This document shows positions 36,863 to 44,418 of a stretch of DNA of 56,698 nt, piece by piece. The translations under genes and the position numbers were made by a program. Under the pieces are notes generated by a model, which was not told where the DNA came from, made no database searches, and was given only the letters and a program-made list of their open reading frames with translations. Positions within the stretch are counted from its first letter, which is position 1. Each line of letters begins with the position of its first letter. Source of the DNA: a virus (lineage: Duplodnaviria > Caudoviricetes); the IMG/VR virus record IMGVR_UViG_3300048574_000080, positions 1-56,698 of that record. One strand, 5' to 3'.

Positions 36863-39327
36863 TACGCCCCCGCCATGACTAACTGGTCGCGCAGGATGTG
36901 ACCCAGCCGGCGCGCGTCTGCCTCACTGCGCACGGTCACGCCACCCAGATTGATGTTGAACGTCTTGCCCTCGCTGGTGGGCAGATTGTTCGTCTGGCCA
37001 TTGGTGTAGATGCGACTGCCCGCGGGGAGCACAATCTGCTCATAGCCGCGCTCGTTGATTTGCGCCGCACCGCCACGGAAGTACGAGGTGCCGATCGCCT
37101 GCGGTGTGCTGGGGTCGCCGTCCGCCCCGCCACCGCTGGCCGCGTTACCGATACCGCCGATGGCATCCATGACCGCCTGGCCGGCCGAGGCGAGGCCCGC
37201 AAAGGGATTCGGCAGATCCAACCCGCTCAGGTAGTCCTTGAATTCGCCGATGGTGGTTGTGACGGTGCCAATCAAGTCGATCACCGGCTGGATGTAGCTG
37301 GTCACCTTGGTCCAGGCGTCCTCGAACGTCTTGCGAATGCCATCCAGTACGGGCGAGATGTCGATACCCATGTCCTGCAGGGTGCCGACAATGGCGTCAT
37401 AGAGCGTCTGGGCAATGGTCGCCGTAAACGTCCCGAGGCGTGAGAGCAGGCCCCGGTAGTAGGTTGAGAAGGCGTTAATCCCCTGCTGTGCCGCTGCCCA
37501 CACGCCTGCCCAGTCGCCGTCGATGGCCGCCCGTACGGCTGCGATGACAGCGGTAAGCACCGACGAAACCAGTTGCAGGGTTGCGGTCACTTGGTCAATG
37601 ATGGGGCCGACGATGCCCGGCAGGTTGGTCAGTACGGCGGCGAATGCATTGATGCCGAAGTCGGCGGCGATTGCCAGGCCTGCGCCTATCAGCATCACCA
37701 CCGGCTGCAAGGCAGTCATCAGCCCGCCGAATGCAGCCCCCAACTCGCCCAGCTTGGGCATGATGGGCGCCAGTGCCGTGGGCAACCCGGCGAAAGCATC
37801 CTGCACACGCTGGACGGCCGGCGCAAAGAAGGCTGCCAGCATCGCCGCCGCCTGCGTGAGGGTGACATAGAGGTTCTGCATACCGTAGGCCACCGGCTGG
37901 ATGGCGGGCGGCAGCAGCTTGATGGCCTCCCACACCTCGCCCGATGCGACCCCCGCATCCTCCATCGCCAGCGCAATCTGCTGTAGCGGGTACAGCATCG
38001 ACTGCAACGCCGGCCCAACTTGCCCGGCAATCTCCGCTGTGAGGTCACGGATGCCGCCGAAGTTTGTCGCCCATGCAGCGGCAAGTGCACCGACGCCGAC
38101 AACAACCAAGCCGATAGGCGAGAGCAGGAAACCGAGCGCCGCTGATAGCCCGGTGACCGCCAGCATTACCGGCCCTGCCGCTGCGAGCACCGCACTGAAG
38201 GCGACCGCTGCGTCCATGACCGGCTTTGGCAGAGCGCCAAAGGCGGTGATCAGGTCAGCGCCCGTGCGAATCATCTCGCCGATAGAGGCGAGGTACGGCA
38301 GGGCGGCCCCGATTAGGAAGCTGTCGATCGAGCCCTTCAGGTACTCGATAGCGCCGCCGATACCCTTCATGCGGGCGTTGGCAACGTCTGCGGCTGCGCT
38401 GCCATTGTTGAGGGCACCGCTGATGCCGTCCCAGGATGCGGAGTAGTCGCGCGTCAGGATGGTGGCGGCCCGAATGGCGTCGGAGCCGAACACCGTCGAT
38501 AGAGCCGCATTGCGCTGCGCATCCGTCATGGTGGCCGTGGCGACTGACAGGTCCGCGATGATGGTTTCAAAGCTGCGCATATTGCCGGATGCGTCATAGA
38601 CGGCGACGCCCATGTCAGCCAGCACACCCTTTGCCTTGGCGGTGGGTGCCGCCAGACTGAGCATCATCGTCTTGAGCGAGGTGCCGGCGTCGGAGCCCTT
38701 CAGACCGGCATTGCCAAGCATGGCCAGTGCCGTCACCATGTCGTCCATGGGCTGTTTGTTGCTGGCAAAGACGGCGCCGCTCATCTTCATCGCCGCTGCC
38801 AGGTCGGAAATATCCACAGACGACGCATTCGCCGCTGCTGCCAGCATATTCGCAATCTGCGGCATCTCGCTGGCTGGCAGGTTGAATGCGTTCATCGCAT
38901 TTGCGGCGATCTCCGCAGACTCTGCCAGGCCCATGCCGCCGGCCGCCGCCATCGAAAGCACGCCGGGCGTTGCGGAGATGATGTCATTGACGGACAGACC
39001 GGCTTTGGCGAGCTCGAGCTGCGCCTGTGCCGCCTCGCCGGCAGAGAACGACGTCACAGCGCCCATTTCCAGCGCCTGCGCCTGGAGGGTCGCCATCTGG
39101 TCCGCCGTAGCGCCTGACACTTGCGCCATGACATTCATTGATTGTTCAAAGTCGCCGGCGCTGGACAGGGCCATGGCGGCAATGCCAGCCAGGGGCGCAG
39201 TAATGCCGAGCGACATCGACGTGCCGGCGCTGCGCATGGTGTCGGAGAGGGAGCTGATAGATTTTTGGGCGGAGTTTGTGCCTATCTCGATAGTCCCGTA
39301 GGCGGACCCCAAATTTATACCCGACAT
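36862..39327 (-). CDS. Tail tape measure protein (TP901-like)
   Basis: FEQSM, FSAGEAAQAQLELAKAG, GLKGSDAGTSLKTM, FGSDAIRA. Confidence 0.92.
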   Translation of the reverse strand: MSGINLGSAYGTIEIGTNSAQKSISSLSDTMRSAGTSMSLGITAPLAGIAAMALSSAGDFEQSMNVMAQVSGATADQMATLQAQALEMGAVTSFSAGEAAQAQLELAKAGLSVNDIISATPGVLSMAAAGGMGLAESAEIAANAMNAFNLPASEMPQIANMLAAAANASSVDISDLAAAMKMSGAVFASNKQPMDDMVTALAMLGNAGLKGSDAGTSLKTMMLSLAAPTAKAKGVLADMGVAVYDASGNMRSFETIIADLSVATATMTDAQRNAALSTVFGSDAIRAATILTRDYSASWDGISGALNNGSAAADVANARMKGIGGAIEYLKGSIDSFLIGAALPYLASIGEMIRTGADLITAFGALPKPVMDAAVAFSAVLAAAGPVMLAVTGLSAALGFLLSPIGLVVVGVGALAAAWATNFGGIRDLTAEIAGQVGPALQSMLYPLQQIALAMEDAGVASGEVWEAIKLLPPAIQPVAYGMQNLYVTLTQAAAMLAAFFAPAVQRVQDAFAGLPTALAPIMPKLGELGAAFGGLMTALQPVVMLIGAGLAIAADFGINAFAAVLTNLPGIVGPIIDQVTATLQLVSSVLTAVIAAVRAAIDGDWAGVWAAAQQGINAFSTYYRGLLSRLGTFTATIAQTLYDAIVGTLQDMGIDISPVLDGIRKTFEDAWTKVTSYIQPVIDLIGTVTTTIGEFKDYLSGLDLPNPFAGLASAGQAVMDAIGGIGNAASGGGADGDPSTPQAIGTSYFRGGAAQINERGYEQIVLPAGSRIYTNGQTNNLPTSEGKTFNINLGGVTVRSEADARRLGHILRDQLVMAGA

Positions 39328-39340
39328 ATCCCGCCCCTTC

Positions 39341-39625
39341 CTACTCTTCGTCCCACGTCCCGTCCTCTTTCACCCGCACCTTGCGCAGCCCTACCGCACT
39401 GACCGGCGCATATTCCTGTACCCGTGCCGCATCGTCCCCTAGTAGCTTTGCCAGGGAGTGTTTCGGCTTGCCCGCCTTGTCGCGCTCGTTGAGCTTGCCT
39501 TCCACCCAGGCCCCAAACTGCGCCACCGCCATATCGAACTGGTAGGCCGCCCAGGGGTCGTCTACGCCGATGACCTCACTGGGCCGCCGGTGGTAGGTCA
39601 CCGACAACGAATGGAGATTCCACAT
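39341..39625 (-). CDS. Tail assembly chaperone, downstream (frameshift) part
   Basis: Overlaps the upstream chaperone ORF; RRPSEVIGVDDPWAAYQFD. Confidence 0.7.
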   Translation of the reverse strand: MWNLHSLSVTYHRRPSEVIGVDDPWAAYQFDMAVAQFGAWVEGKLNERDKAGKPKHSLAKLLGDDAARVQEYAPVSAVGLRKVRVKEDGTWDEE

Positions 39626-39983
39626 CTCCGTTTTGTTGGCGACGAAAAGGCTCCAACTTGCCGGCCGGCTGGTTGGCCCAGTTGAAGATCACCGTTTTGT
39701 CATGGCTGCCCAGCTCTTCCGGCTTCAATTCGGCGGGTTCGACGACGCACGCCTTGACCACGATGTCGAGCACCTGCCCGAACTTCTCGACGTCGCCCAG
39801 ATCCATCGTCTGGTCGGGCTTGCGCTTGAGCATCTCCGCCACCGGCGCCCGCAGCGTAGTCGGGATCCGGCCGGCCTGTGCGAGGTCCATCAGCGCCACT
39901 TTCTTTAGCCGCACTTCCAGACCAGAGGGGAGGGTGAATGCCTCCCCCTCCTGCTGTCGTGCGCGCCATTCTTGTAAGTTCAT
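39576..39983 (-). CDS. Tail assembly chaperone
   Basis: FTLPSGLEVRL; between tail tube and tape measure; CCT TTT CGT near its end. Confidence 0.75.
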   Translation of the reverse strand: MNLQEWRARQQEGEAFTLPSGLEVRLKKVALMDLAQAGRIPTTLRAPVAEMLKRKPDQTMDLGDVEKFGQVLDIVVKACVVEPAELKPEELGSHDKTVIFNWANQPAGKLEPFRRQQNGDVESPFVVGDLPPAAQ

Positions 39984-40070
39984 GTGACTACTCTCCGCAG
40001 TGTACAAAACGAAACAAATATGCTATCATACAGATGTGACCGGACTCATTCACCCTGAAAGGAACGCACC

Positions 40071-40778
40071 TTGTCGAAGCAAATTCCCCTGTCCCAAGGT
40101 AAGTTTGCAACCGTTGATGATGCTGATTACGACTGGCTGGCAAAACACAAGTGGTCTTACGATCCAAAGGGTTATGCCATGCGCAGAAGTGCTAACGTCA
40201 CCATTTATATGCATCGCGTTGTGCTGAATGCTTCCGGCCCGGTCACGGTCGATCACGTCAACGGGGACGGACTCGACAACCGGCGCGAGAATCTGCGCGT
40301 CGTGACCACAGCTCAGAACAACTACAATCGCCATCCAGAGAAGCGTCCAAAGACTTCGCAGTACAAAGGAGTGTCGCTTAACAGGAAGGTTAATCGCTGG
40401 CAGGCGCACATCAAGAAAGGCGACGAATATAGGCGCTATCTTGGTCTGTACGATAGCGAGCAGGATGCGGCCAGGGCATACAACGCGGCGGCCCGTCATC
40501 TCTTTGGCCCCTATGCGTATATTAATGATGTGCCTGACGACAACTGGACGATGCATAATCTGTCGGTTGGCTCCAAGACATCTGACTTCCGTGGCGTCCA
40601 CTACGACACTAAAGCCAAGAAGTGGAAGGTTCAGATTCAGGTGAACAAGACCAAGAAATTCATTGGTCGTTTTTACTTCGAGATTGATGCAGCCCGCGCC
40701 TATGACACCTATGTCATCGCTAACGGGCTGCCATTCCCGTTGAACTTCCAGCAGGCCACTAGCTCGCAGGAACCGTAG
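40071..40778 (+). CDS. HNH endonuclease with two AP2 domains
   Basis: YMHRVV, VDHVNGDGLDNRRENLR, SQYKGV...AARAYN, SDFRGV...AARAYD; antisense insertion. Confidence 0.92.
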   Translation: MSKQIPLSQGKFATVDDADYDWLAKHKWSYDPKGYAMRRSANVTIYMHRVVLNASGPVTVDHVNGDGLDNRRENLRVVTTAQNNYNRHPEKRPKTSQYKGVSLNRKVNRWQAHIKKGDEYRRYLGLYDSEQDAARAYNAAARHLFGPYAYINDVPDDNWTMHNLSVGSKTSDFRGVHYDTKAKKWKVQIQVNKTKKFIGRFYFEIDAARAYDTYVIANGLPFPLNFQQATSSQEP

Positions 40779-41283
40779 TGGCGCTTTCGTTGTGAACCAT
40801 CTCAAACATCTTCGAACCGTCGTCGATGGCAATGCCGCTGGCGCTCTGGATGAAGAACTCGCCGTCCTTCCATTCACCCTCCAGGCCGTCCGTCAGCTTG
40901 GCCTTGTAGATGAGCACATGGATGTCTGATCCATCGTCGTTGATGATCTTCCCGTAGATTTTGAAGTACGGGTAGGTGTCGCCGGCGCGGGCCAAGATCG
41001 TGTTCTTCTGGTTGGGCGTGGTGCCGCTGGCCGTGATGGTGCGGCCCGTCAGGACCTTGATGGCGTCGAAGCTGATGCCGCCGGCTTCCAGGCTCCACTC
41101 CACCTTGTCCACGATGGCGGCAATTGCCTGGGTGGCATCGTTGCCGCGCAGTTCGCCGGAGGTCAGCGCCTCCTTGAAGCTCAGCGTCTGCGCGGCGCTG
41201 AGCGCCACCGCCGTTCCCGAGGGCAGCGGCACCAGCGTTACCTGTCGCAAGCCGAAGGGCTTGGTGTTACTTGTCAATGGCAT
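40759..41283 (-). CDS. Major tail tube protein
   Basis: KPFGLRQV, EAGGISF, PYFKIYGK, GEWKDGEF; position before the chaperones. Confidence 0.75.
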   Translation of the reverse strand: MPLTSNTKPFGLRQVTLVPLPSGTAVALSAAQTLSFKEALTSGELRGNDATQAIAAIVDKVEWSLEAGGISFDAIKVLTGRTITASGTTPNQKNTILARAGDTYPYFKIYGKIINDDGSDIHVLIYKAKLTDGLEGEWKDGEFFIQSASGIAIDDGSKMFEMVHNESATTVPAS

Positions 41284-41309
41284 GATATGCTCTCCTCTTA
41301 CTCACGCGG

Positions 41310-41816
41310 CTAGAGCGCCGCTACTGTTTCCTGTTGCACGAACTCATACACGACGGAGCCGCTAGTCACGGCTACGCCCTTACAGTAGGTCACCCAGAAC
41401 TCACCATCACGAAACGTGCCCTCCAGCGCCTCGACCTTGGCACGATAGAGCCTGCAGATCACGTCGCCGGTATCGCTGACTGCCCGGCCGGCGATGCGCA
41501 GATAGGGCATCTGCGCCCCGGCGTCCTGGCTGAGCGTGAGCGTACGGTTGGGCGTACTGCCCACCTGGTTGGCTGTGCCACCCGTTAACTTGGCGAGCGC
41601 CTCCAGGCTGATGCCGCCCGCCTCCATCTCAAACTCCGCGCCGGCCACGAACCCCGCTGCGCCCACCAGGTGGCCGTCGGCTTCGAAGCGGGCCGTGGCG
41701 AGCAGCGGCGTGACGTGCAGCATCAGTGCCGCCGGCAGGAGCACCTTGTTCGCCCCCGCCGTGTCATAGAGGGCGATTTGGCGCAGTCCGAATGGAGTCT
41801 CTCCGTAGCCCGCCAT
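41310..41816 (-). CDS. Tail tube protein paralogue
   Basis: TPFGLRQI, EAGGISL, PYLRIAGR, GTFRDGEF match the adjacent gene. Confidence 0.7.
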   Translation of the reverse strand: MAGYGETPFGLRQIALYDTAGANKVLLPAALMLHVTPLLATARFEADGHLVGAAGFVAGAEFEMEAGGISLEALAKLTGGTANQVGSTPNRTLTLSQDAGAQMPYLRIAGRAVSDTGDVICRLYRAKVEALEGTFRDGEFWVTYCKGVAVTSGSVVYEFVQQETVAAL

Positions 41817-41817
41817 C

Positions 41818-42246
41818 TCAGCCTCGATTCACCGTTGCTACGTATCTCGACATAATCGCTGGCACGCCTAGCGCCTGCATCTCGATACCCAGCAGGTCGT
41901 TGGCATGCCGCACGTCCCACAATCCGTCATTGCCTGCCAGCGTCGTCCGGTGTAGCAGCTGGTAGGCCCGCACCCGGCCGGCGTCGATTTCTGTGCTGCC
42001 GTTCTGCTGGTAGAACCAGATCGTCACGTAGAGCCGTGAGCCGTCGGGGTGCGGCCCGGCCGGCGCCTGCGTCTCCGGTTTGACGATGGCGCAGGGCTTC
42101 AGCTCGCTGTCGCCGTCGTACGCTGCCGGCGTCGCCTGGCGGGAGATGTCGGCCACCTCCATGCCGTCGTACACGCCGCCGGTGAGAATGGCGGTCAGTG
42201 CGGCGTCTCCCTGGAGGGCTGCCAGGATGGATGCGTAGGCGCTCAT
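41818..42246 (-). CDS. Tail terminator/completion protein
   Basis: LQGDAALTAILTGGVYD; position. Confidence 0.65.
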   Translation of the reverse strand: MSAYASILAALQGDAALTAILTGGVYDGMEVADISRQATPAAYDGDSELKPCAIVKPETQAPAGPHPDGSRLYVTIWFYQQNGSTEIDAGRVRAYQLLHRTTLAGNDGLWDVRHANDLLGIEMQALGVPAIMSRYVATVNRG

Positions 42247-42617
42247 GCGAAGATCTCCCGCAGCATCTGCATCAGCGGTTCGTATTGCGCCTGCATCGTG
42301 CGCATGATGACGCCGTAGCGGCCTGAATTCGCCAGTTCCAACCAGATCCCGTAGTCGATGGACGCCCCGTGGCTTAGGAAGATGGTCACGACGCGGGCCC
42401 CGAAGTCGGCTTCGCTGGTGCCAAAGATGCCCGTGCGCGCGTTGCCGGTGCGGTCCGTCCAGGGCGCATCTGCCTGGGCCTGGTTCTGCATCTCGGTCGC
42501 CACTCGCTGCGCCACCGCCGCCACTGCTGTCAGCACGCGGTCGCCATAGCGTTCGACGGCCGCCGCCAGCTCGCTCGGTGGCGTGCTCCAGCGGATGCCC
42601 GCCTTTGCCTGTGGCAT
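42243..42617 (-). CDS. HK97 gp10-like neck protein
   Basis: APWTDRTGNAR, YGIWLEL. Confidence 0.75.
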   Translation of the reverse strand: MPQAKAGIRWSTPPSELAAAVERYGDRVLTAVAAVAQRVATEMQNQAQADAPWTDRTGNARTGIFGTSEADFGARVVTIFLSHGASIDYGIWLELANSGRYGVIMRTMQAQYEPLMQMLREIFA

Positions 42618-42943
42618 CAGTGCACCTGCCTGGCTTGCGCCTGCGTGCCATGGTCCCGGTTGGGGTGGATGGCAATGACCTCGTACAGCGCCCCGCCGAC
42701 CGTGAACTTGTCGTTCGGCTGGATGTCGAGGGCCACATCGCCTACCACCACCACCGCACCCACCGCCGCCTGCAACCCGTCCGTGTCGGTAACGCCGGCC
42801 TGCACGTTGCCGCCGCGGGCGATACGTACGGTCTGCGCTGCCAGGGTCGCACCGTTGCGACGAATGGCGATGCTGACCGGGCGGTCGTCGCGGATGGCTT
42901 GCAGGTCGGCGGTCATGGCCGCACGGTCGCCGGCTGTCAGCAC
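42617..42943 (-). CDS. Head closure protein
   Basis: LDIQPNDKFTVGGALYEV; position. Confidence 0.6.
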   Translation of the reverse strand: MLTAGDRAAMTADLQAIRDDRPVSIAIRRNGATLAAQTVRIARGGNVQAGVTDTDGLQAAVGAVVVVGDVALDIQPNDKFTVGGALYEVIAIHPNRDHGTQAQARQVH

Positions 42944-43597
42944 CTAGACCTCCACTCCTACCGCATAGGGGTTCTGCTTGTACCGGGACCCGTAGCCTTG
43001 CAGCGGCCGGATGGCATTCTGGTAGTTAGTCAGCGCCGCACTCGCCTGCGCCTGGATGGCAGCACCCTGGCCGCGCTTGTCGACAGATTCGTCGCCGATC
43101 TTGTATGACCACGCATCGCCGGCCGTCGCATTCGCCTGCTCCATCAGCGCCAGGTATTGCCCGTAGAGCATCGCTACCCGTGCGCCGTTCTCGCTGAGCC
43201 GGGGGTAGACGCCGTTGGCGGCGACGTGCTGTGCCGCATAGCGCAGCGTGCGTGTCGTCGAGTAGGTGGGCACCGGGTCGAAGCGCAGCGTAGCGCCTTC
43301 GACGTAGTGCGTTTCCTCCCAGTTGCTGCTGACCGGTATCAGGCCGCCATTGCTCACGATGACGCCACCCTGGGCAGGCAGGCCCGCCAGCTCTATCTCG
43401 TACAAGAAATCTGCCGGCAGGTCGTAGGTGGCCTGACCGCCGGTGACCTGGATGGTTGCGGCCGTGATGACGGGCACGTCCTGGCTGAGCTGCTGCACGG
43501 CATCCTGGGCAAGGCGTTCGTAGTCGCCGGGCACGCCATTGCGGGCGGGCGCAGCGCGCTGTAAACGGTCGGCTAGAGCGGCGAGGGTGATGGTCAT
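42944..43597 (-). CDS. Head-tail adaptor protein
   Basis: GQATYDLPADF, SYKIGDESVD. Confidence 0.6.
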   Translation of the reverse strand: MTITLAALADRLQRAAPARNGVPGDYERLAQDAVQQLSQDVPVITAATIQVTGGQATYDLPADFLYEIELAGLPAQGGVIVSNGGLIPVSSNWEETHYVEGATLRFDPVPTYSTTRTLRYAAQHVAANGVYPRLSENGARVAMLYGQYLALMEQANATAGDAWSYKIGDESVDKRGQGAAIQAQASAALTNYQNAIRPLQGYGSRYKQNPYAVGVEV

Positions 43598-43845
43598 TTG
43601 CGCTTAGCCTTCGGTTCGACTTCGGCGGCGGCCGGCGCTGGTTCCGTCTCTGCCGGCGGTTCCGGTTCGACGGGCGGCGTTGGCGTCTCGCTCTGCGTCT
43701 CGCCCATGATCACGACAAACACGTCGCCGTGTTCCGCCTGCCAGGCTGCCAGCAGGCTTGGCGTCGTCGCCAGCAGCTCGCCGGGATAGACTACCAGCCC
43801 GCCGACGGTGCGCTCTCCCTTGCCTTTGTACTGGACTGTCAGCAT
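43594..43845 (-). CDS. Small head-associated hypothetical protein
   Basis: AAGGAG RBS; PE-rich tail. Confidence 0.55.
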   Translation of the reverse strand: MLTVQYKGKGERTVGGLVVYPGELLATTPSLLAAWQAEHGDVFVVIMGETQSETPTPPVEPEPPAETEPAPAAAEVEPKAKRK

Positions 43846-43855
43846 GTGAATCTCC

Positions 43856-44350
43856 TTACCGGCGCAGCGTGGCCTTGACCGTAGTCGTCACGCCGCCCGT
43901 AGTCTGCACGCTCACCCGCCAGTACTCGCCAGCCAGTGGGATCGACATGTAGGTCGTGCCGTTGGCGCTGAGCGACCTGGCTTGGGTCTTGGTGCCGATG
44001 GCGCTGCCGGTCCAGTATTCGTAAGTGGCGTTGGTCCAGTTAGTGCCGTCGGCGCTCACCTGCGCTGTGGCGGTCAACCACGCCGTGCCGGACAGTGTGC
44101 CGGTCACGAAGACATCGACACTCTTCCACCCGGCGGTCTTGCTCACATCACGGCCGGCGCTGTCAATGTTCGGCGCAGCGGTGTTGACGGTGTTCGTGGC
44201 GATATAGGTGGCGCTCAGCACATCCACCGTCATCTGGCTGGATGGTGCGTCCTGCGCCGCTGCCGGTGTGGCGGCCGGCTGCATCAGCACCAGCGCCGCC
44301 AGCACAATCATCACGGCGGCAAGCACCGCCGTTACTCGTTTCGTCGTCAT
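43856..44350 (-). CDS. Signal-peptide-bearing beta-rich protein after the capsid gene
   Basis: GGAGG RBS; MTTKRVTAVLAAVMIVLAALVL...AAAQD; QVSADGTNW. Confidence 0.6.
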   Translation of the reverse strand: MTTKRVTAVLAAVMIVLAALVLMQPAATPAAAQDAPSSQMTVDVLSATYIATNTVNTAAPNIDSAGRDVSKTAGWKSVDVFVTGTLSGTAWLTATAQVSADGTNWTNATYEYWTGSAIGTKTQARSLSANGTTYMSIPLAGEYWRVSVQTTGGVTTTVKATLRR

Positions 44351-44365
44351 AATGTCCTCCAGGAA

Positions 44366-44387
44366 AGGGGCGGTTGGAGCCGCCCCT
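44366..44387 (-). terminator. Hairpin after the capsid gene
   Basis: AGGGGCGG-CTCCAA-CCGCCCCT. Confidence 0.45.
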
Positions 44388-44418
44388 GTTTACTCGTTAC
44401 TGGCTGGTCGCGGCCTGG

